From NCBI GenBank assembly GCA_965367815.1, contig CBDUKN010000001.1, positions 96,001-160,000 on the forward strand: 64,000 nt of DNA. Direction: 5' to 3'. Made by a program: the position numbers and the translations under genes. Positions 40,391 through 50,193 of this stretch are shown here, piece by piece (position 1 is the first letter of the stretch; each line of letters starts with the position of its first letter). The notes under the pieces are model-generated. The model was given only the letters and a program-made list of their open reading frames with translations, was not told the origin of the DNA and did not search any database. This DNA is from an uncultured Thermoprotei archaeon (GTDB lineage Archaea > Thermoproteota > Thermoprotei > Thermofilales > B15-G2).

Positions 40391-40414
40391 TACCAAAATA
40401 TATGTATTTTGGTA
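40391..40414. promoter_or_regulatory. inverted repeat TACCAAAATA-TATG-TATTTTGGTA, probable VapBC operator over the TATA region
   Basis: Perfect 10-bp arms, 15-38 nt upstream of the antitoxin start. Confidence 0.65.
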
Positions 40415-40599
40415 TTTTTCTTTATTCATTATCCCCACTATGTAGGCTTGGAATAGACTTATTTTGGCTATTGCAGACCATCGGACCTTATGCTATGTAA
40501 AGTCTTTAAATAAAGAAGGCTTAATCTTTTTATAACTAATTTAATGTTGTTTCATTAATATATAATATTTTGTTAATCAATAATATATAATTTTCTAAA

Positions 40600-40980
40600 A
40601 TAATTTTCATTTTTTTCCCAAATCAATTGTCTTTCTATAATGTTCCTATAGACTTTGCTTTTCTTTAAAAGGTTCTTCATGAGTTCCTATATCTGCTATT
40701 AGTTCTTTTGCGTCAGCTAATTTTAGTACTTCACGTACCTCTTCATCTTTTGCACTACATCCAAAGAGAATATTATCTTTAAGACTCATTGCTAGTAGAG
40801 GAGGTCTGTGAGACATAAGCTATTTTTCTCTTAGACTTTAAAAATCATACATACCCATATTAACTTCATTTATAAACACTTCATCATCATCAGGTTTAAG
40901 TAAGCCTACTAATATTAAGACCAATGTGCTTTTTCTTACACTACTGGCGCCTACAATAGCTAATGAACATCTTTTAATAC
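40600..40980 (-). pseudogene. remnant of an ABC exporter nucleotide-binding domain
   Basis: Minus strand reads LAIVGASSVRKSTLV..LLKPDD, SLREKIAYVSQ, SLKDNILFG, IGTHEE with a stop, frameshifts and loss of the signature/Walker B region. Confidence 0.7.
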
Positions 40981-41046
40981 TAGCAGTACTAAAATTATAG
41001 TTTTATTGAGCAGTTTATAGTAGATCTGTGGAAATACTAGCAGTAT

Positions 41047-43413
41047 TCACATTATATATTTTCCGTTGTAGAGATTTAGTATAGGCTTGTTTTCATTATT
41101 ACAGGCTACTGGAATCCATACTATGCATAGTTTTTCTACAATAATTTCTTTTTTCTTGGGCTTAATTCTATACTCTTTGATTTGAGATAGCTTTAGTTCA
41201 TATTCTTTTTTAAGTTTCTTTATTCTGGTTTCTAGTTCAGAGTCAAGTATTCTGCGCTCTGTTTCAAGTTTGCTTAATTTTGCTTTAGATAGTGCTATTT
41301 TTCTTTCTAGCTGCTGTATAGTTTTCTTAAAATCTCGTTTACTGGACTTCTTTCTTTTCTTTCCTGCTAAAAAGTAGACTGTAGAGATAAAGGTGTCTAC
41401 TGCTTTTTCTCGCTTAACTGCGCTGAGTTCTTTTTCTAAACGCTTTAGTACTTCTTGCTCATAAACTATTTTACTTTCAATGCTTCTTAACTGCTTTAAA
41501 TATTTTTCTTTAATATCAGCTATTTTTAATTCTATTTCTTTCCACAAAATACTCTCTATTCTTTTTCTGAACGACTTTAAGTCTTCATTGACTTCGGATA
41601 CATATTTTCCTCCTAGAGCTGTGTGAACTACGAGGGTGTTATTTTCAACTATATGGTTTTTTACTAATTGTTGTAGAGACTTTATGAATGTTTTCTTAAA
41701 GAATTTAGGCGGAAGGTTTGCAAAAGAGAATTGAAGGTCTTTACTTGTTTTTAAGTCTTCTTTCTTTAATTCACTTAAAGTGAGTCCATAGGCTTCTCCT
41801 CTTTCCAGTACTGGGTTTTCATTTGCTTCGCAGAGATATCTTATTGTTTTAGAGTAGTCTAATGGAGGTCTCTTTCTAACTACTTCTATTTTAGCCTCAA
41901 TGTAGAGAGCAGGATAGTATACTGGCTTAAAGTCTCCGGCCGGAAATTTGGGTGGTAGATAGTAGACTTCAAGGTCTTCAGGAAAAGTATGTACGAGAGT
42001 CGTTTTAATGGGCTTCAGGGAAAGTTTTCTTGTTTCGAGTACGGGTTTCGATTTCAGCTTAGATATTTCGTTAAGTGTCAGCGGGCCTCTTAAGTACGAT
42101 ATAGCCTGCCTCGTCTTAAATAAGATACTTCTGTTCTTCCTGGCGTCGTAAAGGAGAAAAATGCGTCTACCGAGCAGTGATATTATTTTCGAGAGTTCTT
42201 TTTCATTGAAGCCTCCGCTGGAAGCTAGTCTGAGTCCTTCTAGTACTCTTCTTTTATCGTTTTCTGTTTGAAGCTTACCAATAATCCATAGACCTGCGTT
42301 AGTTAAAGCCTTATAGTCTAAGTCTACGGGATTCTGCGTGGCAAGAATTATGCCTAGACCGAATGCTCTAGCCTGCTTAAGTAGCATTAGGAGCGGGGTT
42401 TTAGAAGGAGGATTACGGGGGTACGGCGGCAGATATCCGTAGACTTCATCGAAGTAAAGAAGATATTTTAGCTTAGAGGAGCCTGGCCGCGTAAACATCC
42501 AAGAATATAAGGCTTCAAGAATCAGTGTCACGGCAAACATTCTTTCAGAGAGCCCGAGGTGCGCTAAATAGAAGACGACTGCTCTTGGTTTTCCTTCGGG
42601 ACTCCAGAATAGTTTATTGAAGTCTAGAGGAATTCCAGTAAACCATGTTCTGAAGCCGGGTGAAGCTATGACTCTGTTTAAGTCTCTTGCAAGCTTTTTG
42701 CGCTCATTTCTAGACATGAAAGCGTCTACTTCGAGGGCACCAATTCTGTCTAGAGGAGGGTCTATAATGTACGAAAGAAGCTTTGAGTAATTGAGTGGCT
42801 CATTCTTTCTCCAGCAGTGTTCAATAATGCTAGATATCAATACATGTTCATAGCTCTTAAGAGGATCGCTAGGGCGTCCAGCTAGTTCGAGGAGAGCTGA
42901 AACAGTTACCTTAATTTTATTCAAAAGTACTTCCTCGTGTTCGCTCCAACTCAAGTTTTCGGGTGGTGTTAGCTCAGATAAAAGTGATAAAGGAATACCC
43001 GCGGTGCTGCCGGGAGTTACTACTATTACTTCGCTTTCTTCGAAAAGCTTCTTTCTCCTGTCAGTTAAACCATATTTTCTTAAAGACTTGCTGTATTCTT
43101 CGAAGACTTTACAGGCATATTCTTCGGGAGACATCCCTAAGCGAGCGGCTTCTTCTACTTCAATCCACTTCAAGAAGTCCTCTGGGCTATTGAGCCTTAG
43201 GGCAATATTGACTGCGTCTCCTTTTGAGTCAATTACTGCTACTGGTATTCCTTGAATTAAAGCTTCTTCGAGAAGAATAGTAGCTAAGCCTGTTTTACCT
43301 GAGCCAGTCATGCCTACAATAATACAGTGTGTTGTCAACGTATCAGGGTCTAAGCTAAATTTTTCTTCAGTCTCTCTGAAGCTAGGGTATTCTACGGCGT
43401 GGCCTAAGTACAT
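41047..43413 (-). CDS. HerA/FtsK-like (DUF87/DUF853) ATPase with long C-terminal coiled coil
   Basis: LTTHCIIVGMTGSGKT, IDSKGD, YFDEVYG, KQARAFG, ATQNPVDLDYK. Confidence 0.85.
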   Translation of the reverse strand: MYLGHAVEYPSFRETEEKFSLDPDTLTTHCIIVGMTGSGKTGLATILLEEALIQGIPVAVIDSKGDAVNIALRLNSPEDFLKWIEVEEAARLGMSPEEYACKVFEEYSKSLRKYGLTDRRKKLFEESEVIVVTPGSTAGIPLSLLSELTPPENLSWSEHEEVLLNKIKVTVSALLELAGRPSDPLKSYEHVLISSIIEHCWRKNEPLNYSKLLSYIIDPPLDRIGALEVDAFMSRNERKKLARDLNRVIASPGFRTWFTGIPLDFNKLFWSPEGKPRAVVFYLAHLGLSERMFAVTLILEALYSWMFTRPGSSKLKYLLYFDEVYGYLPPYPRNPPSKTPLLMLLKQARAFGLGIILATQNPVDLDYKALTNAGLWIIGKLQTENDKRRVLEGLRLASSGGFNEKELSKIISLLGRRIFLLYDARKNRSILFKTRQAISYLRGPLTLNEISKLKSKPVLETRKLSLKPIKTTLVHTFPEDLEVYYLPPKFPAGDFKPVYYPALYIEAKIEVVRKRPPLDYSKTIRYLCEANENPVLERGEAYGLTLSELKKEDLKTSKDLQFSFANLPPKFFKKTFIKSLQQLVKNHIVENNTLVVHTALGGKYVSEVNEDLKSFRKRIESILWKEIELKIADIKEKYLKQLRSIESKIVYEQEVLKRLEKELSAVKREKAVDTFISTVYFLAGKKRKKSSKRDFKKTIQQLERKIALSKAKLSKLETERRILDSELETRIKKLKKEYELKLSQIKEYRIKPKKKEIIVEKLCIVWIPVACNNENKPILNLYNGKYIM

Positions 43414-43474
43414 TTAGTTAAATACCCACTGAACGTTATTTAAATTGAACTAAATTTCTTTCTTCTTATAGCAG

Positions 43475-44107
43475 TTAGAGTCTTGGTCCAAGTTTTATTC
43501 GCTTGAATAGAGCGCGGGTAAAGAGAACGTAGCCTAACGGAGCTAGTAATATTGCTTGAATACTCAGTATACATAAATCAGCTAAAAGAGCACTCGTAGG
43601 AGTGTTTAATAAGAGAGCTTCTCGAACTACTTTAAGAGTATAAGTATGCGGAAGCAGAAGCGAGGCATACTGAAGTGTTTTAGGAAGAACGTCTACCGGA
43701 AAATAAAGCCCTGAAGCTATTTTTGATAAAAGTTTCATAGTCTATTGAATAGGCTCTGTTCCTCTGTGTACACTAGTATAAAGATATATGCTAGCCGATA
43801 TAAGGCCAGGTTCGGCTGTCGCGATAATGCCTAAAGCAAAAGCTAGCAGAGCATAAGCAAAATTATCTAATGTTAAGTAATATAATTTTGCCAGATCCAT
43901 TTGGATCTAGCACTAACACACGGTCATCTTTATCTACAATAAAATTAATGTCGCTTAAGGCTGCAATGTATTTCTTGCTTTTTTCTCAAAGAAGTATTTT
44001 ACTATAGCTGAGGGTAGTTGATATGATACAGGAAGCTTAGAAGCAATAGGATACTCATAGAATTTATACAAGTTAATTACTTCAATAGATTTCTCAGAAA
44101 CATTCAT
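43475..44107 (-). pseudogene. ABC-2 operon remnant: ATP-binding N-terminus joined by deletion to permease C-terminus
   Basis: MNVSEKSIEVINLYKFY...ALSDINF..LDPNGSGKIILL running into membrane segments and SGLYFPVDVLP...LLPHTY. Confidence 0.7.
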
Positions 44108-44343
44108 TATGTCATTACATAGAAGGATAAGAATTTGTTATTTACTCTCAGCTATCTTAGTATCGAGTAAAAAGTGATTATTCTACGAAAAATCTTCGTG
44201 TTAAATTGTTTTGACAGTTAGCTAAAGCAAGCTCCTTGATAACATGAAATAGAGTAAATAAAGTATAAGTAAATAGTATTGGGAATATAATATGGAGGTT
44301 ATATAGACTAATACTTTTAATCAAGAGCTAAATTTTTATTAGA

Positions 44344-45804
44344 GTGAATAAAGTTTTAGGCGTGGCCTCTACTTTTGTAGGTGAATTAAAGCCTTGTTCC
44401 CAGCACATAGTGTTGATTTGGCTTGATGCTTTGGCCGGAGATCTTTTCGTAGAAATGTATCTGAAGGGAGAGCTCAAGAATTTAGAGGAATTTTTTAGTG
44501 AGGGAGTCTTAGTAAAAAATGCTATAGCGTGTTTTCCGACAGTATCAGAGTCTGCTGAGGGAGGAGTTATTTCAGGATTTTATGCTGGAGAAACAAACAT
44601 GCTTGGTGAGCGGTATTTTTCGAGAGAACAGCAAATAATGATGCATTACAAGTTTAATGCTAAACCTGAAGCTGACTTCGCTAGAGAGCTCAAAGACTGT
44701 ACTATTGATGCTTTAAGTAAAAAAAGCATAGGTATGGGCAGACTTATTCGTATGGCTTCAGAGGAAATAGTAGACATTAAGGCAATGCACTATGAGCGGA
44801 CAGGAGACTTGAGAATAGTTGACAGACGTATAGAAGTAGCGATAAATGTAATTAAGGTAAAGAAACCGCGATTTTTCTTTTTCACTATCTCAGCCGACTA
44901 TATTTCACATGTAGACGGGCGAAAAGGTTCCTCTGTATATAGCTTTGTGAAGCGATTTGACGAGAAGTTTCCTAGCTTAATTCAAGTTCTAGATGAAGTG
45001 TATGGGAGAAATAGCTATACTGTAGTAGTTTTTTCTGATCATGGCACGGCGAGTGTTTCTAACCACTTGGATTTACCTAGGTTTCTTGAAGAGCAGGGAT
45101 TTTCTCCGGCGCCAACAGACCTTATTTGGAGAAAAAACTCTAATTGTGCAGCATTATCTAATGGAAGGAGATCGGCTTTAGTTTATTTTGCCCATCCCAA
45201 TGAGGGATGGAGAAAAAGACCTGGATGTAAGAACTTAAGGAGGTATCCTCATAGAGGCAGAGAAGTAGACTTACTCAAACTTTTTGCAGAAGAAAGAGGT
45301 GTTGCGCAGGTTTTTGCTAAGCGAGACGAATACTCGGTTATTGTTGTGTCAAGTGAAGGTGAGGCTGTAATAGAGTATAATCGCGCGGAAAACAAGTACA
45401 GATATCGTGTTATTAAAGGAGAAGACCCCCTGGAGTATAATATTGAGTCTAAGTGGATGACTGAAGAAGAGTGGCTTAAAATGACTTACAGCAAGAAGTA
45501 TCCTGACGCAGTAGTGCAGCTTTACTGGATTTTCAAGTCCCCTAACTGCGGAGACATCGTGCTTAATGCCTCAGATAAATGGGACTTCTGGGAGCCATGG
45601 GACATATGGTATCCGAGACTAGTGGCGGCTCATGGAGGATTATCGCGGGATGAAATGTCAGTATTTATTTTAGCGAAAGGACCCCACATAAAGGCTGGAG
45701 TACTTCCTTATGCACGTGTACTAGACATTTACGCTACTTTAGCTAAATGTTTTTCAGGACAGATAGCGAAATCACATGCTGTAGAGAGAATGCTAGCTAT
45801 CTAA
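44344..45804 (+). CDS. alkaline phosphatase superfamily / nucleotide pyrophosphatase-phosphodiesterase
   Basis: WLDAL, FPTVS, DYISH, FSDHG, AHGG. Confidence 0.85.
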   Translation: MNKVLGVASTFVGELKPCSQHIVLIWLDALAGDLFVEMYLKGELKNLEEFFSEGVLVKNAIACFPTVSESAEGGVISGFYAGETNMLGERYFSREQQIMMHYKFNAKPEADFARELKDCTIDALSKKSIGMGRLIRMASEEIVDIKAMHYERTGDLRIVDRRIEVAINVIKVKKPRFFFFTISADYISHVDGRKGSSVYSFVKRFDEKFPSLIQVLDEVYGRNSYTVVVFSDHGTASVSNHLDLPRFLEEQGFSPAPTDLIWRKNSNCAALSNGRRSALVYFAHPNEGWRKRPGCKNLRRYPHRGREVDLLKLFAEERGVAQVFAKRDEYSVIVVSSEGEAVIEYNRAENKYRYRVIKGEDPLEYNIESKWMTEEEWLKMTYSKKYPDAVVQLYWIFKSPNCGDIVLNASDKWDFWEPWDIWYPRLVAAHGGLSRDEMSVFILAKGPHIKAGVLPYARVLDIYATLAKCFSGQIAKSHAVERMLAI

Positions 45805-46761
45805 TGAAAGAGGGCAAAGTACATCTGGCACATCTTCTTTTCTAAGTAAGTATCTTCGGGCAAAACACCCTCCTTTACAGATATAATTTACTTGACACGT
45901 TTTACACTTACTTGGTACTGATGCTAAGCTCTTGTCTACGTACTCTAAGTACCTTTCTTTAAGCTCCTCGAAGTCTTCTTCAAGGAAGTTTCCGACGACA
46001 ATGTCTAGCGTATCACATAGCAGTAGCTGCCCACCAGGGCTGATATCTATCATAGTGAGAGTCGGGCATGTTCCTACATACACGTATCCCTTTAAGTAGA
46101 GTCTAGCGAAAGGAGCACACCACACTGAAGCTTCTACGCCTAATTCACGAGCCTTGTTCTCGAAGGAAATAAGTGCTTCTTTCACTTGGGAGCAGTTTGG
46201 CATAGCTTCTCTAGCTCTCTTAGTCGACGGGATTACTGGTATACATGAAATATAGTCTACATTGAGGTTAACTGCTAGCTCTACGTAGCCTGCTATATCA
46301 AAGTAGTTGTACTTAGTTATAGTAAATGAAGTATGTACACTTATGTCTCTCTTCTTCAGCAACTTTATTCCCTTAACAGTTTTTCTCCAAGTTCCTTCTC
46401 CTCTAATATAATCGTGTACTTCAGGTCTAGATCCATCCAAGCTAGTCAATACGTATATATTTCTTCTCTCTAGTTCTCTCGCTATTCTATCGTTTAGTAA
46501 AAGTAGGTTAGAGAAAATAGATACTGAAATACCATTGTCTAAAGCATAGTCGATTATGTCGAATATATCTTTTCGTAGTAAAGGTTCGCCTCCCGTCAAG
46601 TTTAATGCTGCTACGCCTAGGTCAGCTAGCTTAGAAATAAGCCTTAGTGCTTCTTCAGTAGATAGCTCGTTTTTCCAGGGTCTCTCTCGGACATAGCAGT
46701 GTCTACAATTTAAGTTACAATTTGGTGTAATCAACCATACTATGTACTTAGGCTTATTCAT
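45793..46761 (-). CDS. radical SAM/SPASM domain protein
   Basis: CNLNCRHC, TGGEP, C-terminal CKTC..ICKGGC. Confidence 0.9.
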   Translation of the reverse strand: MNKPKYIVWLITPNCNLNCRHCYVRERPWKNELSTEEALRLISKLADLGVAALNLTGGEPLLRKDIFDIIDYALDNGISVSIFSNLLLLNDRIARELERRNIYVLTSLDGSRPEVHDYIRGEGTWRKTVKGIKLLKKRDISVHTSFTITKYNYFDIAGYVELAVNLNVDYISCIPVIPSTKRAREAMPNCSQVKEALISFENKARELGVEASVWCAPFARLYLKGYVYVGTCPTLTMIDISPGGQLLLCDTLDIVVGNFLEEDFEELKERYLEYVDKSLASVPSKCKTCQVNYICKGGCFARRYLLRKEDVPDVLCPLSLDS

Positions 46762-46858
46762 ATTATTCAGGCCCGCATACCAGTAGAATGGCTAGTTTAT
46801 TTAAGTGCAGCGTCTTGATATAGCTTCCGGTCATGAAGAAATAGAATAAATTTTATAT

Positions 46859-48103
46859 ATGAATCTAAGATACTCCCTACAGGTAGTTATGGTGAACTCA
46901 GCTGATTCTTCTGAAAGCTCTATATCGAGTAGAACGGCATACAAGGTCGTCTTCTTTCTTGGATTAGTAAGTCTTTTCGGCGACATAGTGTATGAAGGAG
47001 CTAGAGGACTTATACCGAGTTTCTTTCTCTACTTGGGGGCGTCAGCGACAATAGTAGGGATCGTAACGGGCTTAGGCGAACTAGTAGGCTATACAGGGAG
47101 ACTTGCTGGAGGTTTTCTTGCTGACTTGAGTAAAAGATACTGGCTTTTCATTTTTATAGGCTACGGACTAATAGCTGCTTTACCTTCTATGCCTTTAAGC
47201 TTAATTGCAGGAGGCTGGCTTCTAGCAGCTATTCTAATAATTGCTGAAAGATTCGGTAAAGGCTTTAGAGCGCCTGCTAGAGACGCTATAATAGCTTCAG
47301 TAAGCTCAAAAATAGGTAGAGGAAAGGCTTTTGGTATACACGAGTTTTTTGACCAGTTGGGAGCTGTTACAGGGCCTCTCTTAGTAGCTGGAATAATGGC
47401 TTATACTCAAGAAAACTATGCTGTGTCTTTCGGAGTTCTCTTCATACCATATTTGATTCTAATGTGTGTGCTCACTTTAACGTACTTCAGTATTAGGGAT
47501 ATTGAGGCGAAATCTTCTAAAAAGTACACTATCAAGGGCCCTATGACAAGGCCTTTAGCAATGTATATTACGGGAGTATTTTTGAATAGTTTAGGTCTTA
47601 TTCCGGCGTCACTTATACTCTACAAGGCGGGATTAATTGCTAAGGGGTATGAGTGGCTTGTTCCAGCAGTGTATGCGCTAATACAGCTTATTGATGCTCC
47701 TTCAGCTCTAGCTGCCGGCTTTGTCTACGACAAGATAGGACTATCTGTGCTCTTCGTTCCGTTTTTCTTAACAATACTGATATCACCGGTCCTATTTTCA
47801 GAAAATACTTTAGCTATAGTCTTTGCCGCATCTATACTCTATGGAATAGTGCTGGGTATGATAGAGTCAACTTATAGGGCAGCTATAGCTGACTTAGCGC
47901 CTCCGAAGTACCGTGGAACAGCATACGGAGTCTTCTACACGGCTCTCGGACTAGGTTCTCTTCTAAGCGGAGCTATCTACGGGCTAATGATGGACTTAAA
48001 GTTCGGTGTTGGGCAGGTGCTAGTTTACGTAGTGATAATAGAGGCTCTAGCCTTAGCTCTACTAGCTTCAGCTATAAAGAATCTAAAAGAGTCCTCTAAG
48101 TAA
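46859..48103 (+). CDS. MFS transporter
   Basis: About 12 TM segments; ERFGKGFRAPARD, GKAFGIHE. Confidence 0.9.
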   Translation: MNLRYSLQVVMVNSADSSESSISSRTAYKVVFFLGLVSLFGDIVYEGARGLIPSFFLYLGASATIVGIVTGLGELVGYTGRLAGGFLADLSKRYWLFIFIGYGLIAALPSMPLSLIAGGWLLAAILIIAERFGKGFRAPARDAIIASVSSKIGRGKAFGIHEFFDQLGAVTGPLLVAGIMAYTQENYAVSFGVLFIPYLILMCVLTLTYFSIRDIEAKSSKKYTIKGPMTRPLAMYITGVFLNSLGLIPASLILYKAGLIAKGYEWLVPAVYALIQLIDAPSALAAGFVYDKIGLSVLFVPFFLTILISPVLFSENTLAIVFAASILYGIVLGMIESTYRAAIADLAPPKYRGTAYGVFYTALGLGSLLSGAIYGLMMDLKFGVGQVLVYVVIIEALALALLASAIKNLKESSK

Positions 48104-48170
48104 TATTCGGGTATAGTTAATTGAAGTAGGCGTCCAATATATATTATTGTTTTCTTGAGTAAAATAATAG

Positions 48171-49754
48171 ATGCTTTTTAGAGACTTAGTAGAGCTATGT
48201 CTTAAGCTTGAAAAAACAACTAGCAGGACCGAAAAAGTACTCTATATAGCTGAGTTTCTCAAAAAACTTGATTTAATTGAGGTGAAGCCAGCAGTATGGT
48301 TTCTTACAGGAAGAATTTTTCCAGACTATGAGGATAGAAAACTTGATGTAGGCTGGGCTACTGTAAGCAGAGTTCTCAGAAACCTCAAATCTACAGGCAG
48401 ACTTGTAGCCAGGCCTATTACTATACTTGAGCTCCATAGAGCACTGCTTAAGATCTCGTCGATTGAAGGCGAGGGGTCCCGCAGAAGAAAAGAGAGGCTT
48501 CTTTTCAGTATTTTATCAAGCATGACTCCCACTGAAATAGAGTATTTTCTACGAATACTTTTCGGCGAAGTAAGAGTAGGGGCAGCAGATGGCCTAGTTC
48601 TAGACGCTATAGGGAAGGTAGCTGGAGTAGACGAAGATACTGTTAGAAGAGCCTACATGTTTATCGCCGATATAGGCGAGCTAGCTGAAACGGCTTTAAC
48701 TAAAGGAGCTGAAGGACTGCGAAGCGCTACACTTCAGCTATTTAGACCCGTTAGACCGATGCTGGCTGAAATGGCTTACGATATTAGAAGTACTATAAGA
48801 GAGCTAGGTGGAATAGCTGCTTTTGAATACAAATACGACGGCATAAGGTTGCAAATACATCGCAAAGGAAATAAGATAAGAATATACACTAGGCGCCTTA
48901 CGGATGTTACTGAAAGCCTACCTGATGTAGTTAAAATAGCTAAGGAAATAAAAGCCGACGAATATGTAGTTGACTGCGAGGCGCTTAGCTTTAAGGACGG
49001 AAAACCCGTTAGATTTCAGGATTTAGTGAAGAGGATTAGGAGAAAATATGATGTTCGTAGAATGATGAAAGAAATACCTCTTGAAATAAGAGCTTTTGAT
49101 CTATTATATCTTAATGGGAAAGTTCTCGTAGATATTCCTTATAAAGAGAGATGGAGTCTTTTAGAGGAAATAATTGATGAAAAGTACTTAGCGAAAAGAA
49201 TAGTTACAGGGGATCCTAATGAAGCTAAAAAGTTTCTCGAAGAATCAGAGAAAGAGGGTCATGAAGGACTTATGGCAAAGAAATTGGACAGCCCGTATAC
49301 GCCAGGAATACGTGGAAAATACTGGTTTAAAATAAAGCCTGCTCAGACAATAGACTGCGTTATTATAGCGGCTGAGTGGGGGCATGGCAGGAGAAGGGGC
49401 TGGCTAAGCGACTATCACTTGGCAGTGCTGGACGAGAAAACAGAAGAGTTTGTTATGGTTGGTAAAACATTCAAGGGGCTCACAGATGACGAGTTTGAGG
49501 AAATGACTAAGAGGTTGCTGGAACTCAAAGTAGGTGAGAAGGGTCATATAGTTTACGTTAAGCCTCAAATAGTAGTCGAGATAGCGTTCAATGAGATACA
49601 GAAAAGTCCTAAGTATAAGTCAGGGTTAGCTTTACGTTTTGCTAGAATAACTAGAATAAGATACGATAAGTCTCCTTACGATATAACTACGTTAAGTGAG
49701 CTGAAAAAACTCTATGAACAGCAATTTGAGAAAAAGTCTAGAATAGAGGAGTAG
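48171..49754 (+). CDS. lig: ATP-dependent DNA ligase (LigB-like)
   Basis: EYKYDGIR, EGLMAK, WFKIK, WGHGRR, ALRFARI. Confidence 0.93.
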   Translation: MLFRDLVELCLKLEKTTSRTEKVLYIAEFLKKLDLIEVKPAVWFLTGRIFPDYEDRKLDVGWATVSRVLRNLKSTGRLVARPITILELHRALLKISSIEGEGSRRRKERLLFSILSSMTPTEIEYFLRILFGEVRVGAADGLVLDAIGKVAGVDEDTVRRAYMFIADIGELAETALTKGAEGLRSATLQLFRPVRPMLAEMAYDIRSTIRELGGIAAFEYKYDGIRLQIHRKGNKIRIYTRRLTDVTESLPDVVKIAKEIKADEYVVDCEALSFKDGKPVRFQDLVKRIRRKYDVRRMMKEIPLEIRAFDLLYLNGKVLVDIPYKERWSLLEEIIDEKYLAKRIVTGDPNEAKKFLEESEKEGHEGLMAKKLDSPYTPGIRGKYWFKIKPAQTIDCVIIAAEWGHGRRRGWLSDYHLAVLDEKTEEFVMVGKTFKGLTDDEFEEMTKRLLELKVGEKGHIVYVKPQIVVEIAFNEIQKSPKYKSGLALRFARITRIRYDKSPYDITTLSELKKLYEQQFEKKSRIEE

Positions 49755-49792
49755 CATTTAAGCTATTTATTTGTCAGCGAAGCTTATTTTCT

Positions 49793-50191
49793 GTGAATAG
49801 TGATAAATTCCTAAAAGAGTTTTATAGCGAGTTTATGGAGCTCAACACGCAATATAATAATGCGGTCACTAAGGGAAGGTTCGATGAAGCCATTGATATC
49901 GGGTTAAAAACCATGGATCTCTTGCTTGATGTTGCGAAGAAAAGAGTTCTTGAAGCATTATCGAGTAGAACAGCTATTGAAATAGTTTCAGATATAATTA
50001 ATTACTATGAGAAAGACTTAGCCTATGTGAAAGGTCTTAAAGAAGCAAGTAGGAAGATACCTGTCCTTTATGCATATAATGCCAAAGAGAAAGCTCTCGA
50101 AACTCTTGCGAGAGATATAAGGGAACTATTTAGCTTCGTTTTAGGTGCGTTAGTTGTATTAACTGAAATTGCGGGCCTTATCAACAAATAA
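49793..50191 (+). CDS. hypothetical helical protein
   Basis: 132-aa ORF, composition typical of the window, fills the intergenic space. Confidence 0.6.
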   Translation: MNSDKFLKEFYSEFMELNTQYNNAVTKGRFDEAIDIGLKTMDLLLDVAKKRVLEALSSRTAIEIVSDIINYYEKDLAYVKGLKEASRKIPVLYAYNAKEKALETLARDIRELFSFVLGALVVLTEIAGLINK

Positions 50192-50193
50192 GT

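Noticed and set aside
43892-43909. Hairpin AGATCCA-TT-TGGATCT
   Set aside because: Falls within the degenerate DPNGSG codons of the ABC remnant; likely incidental.
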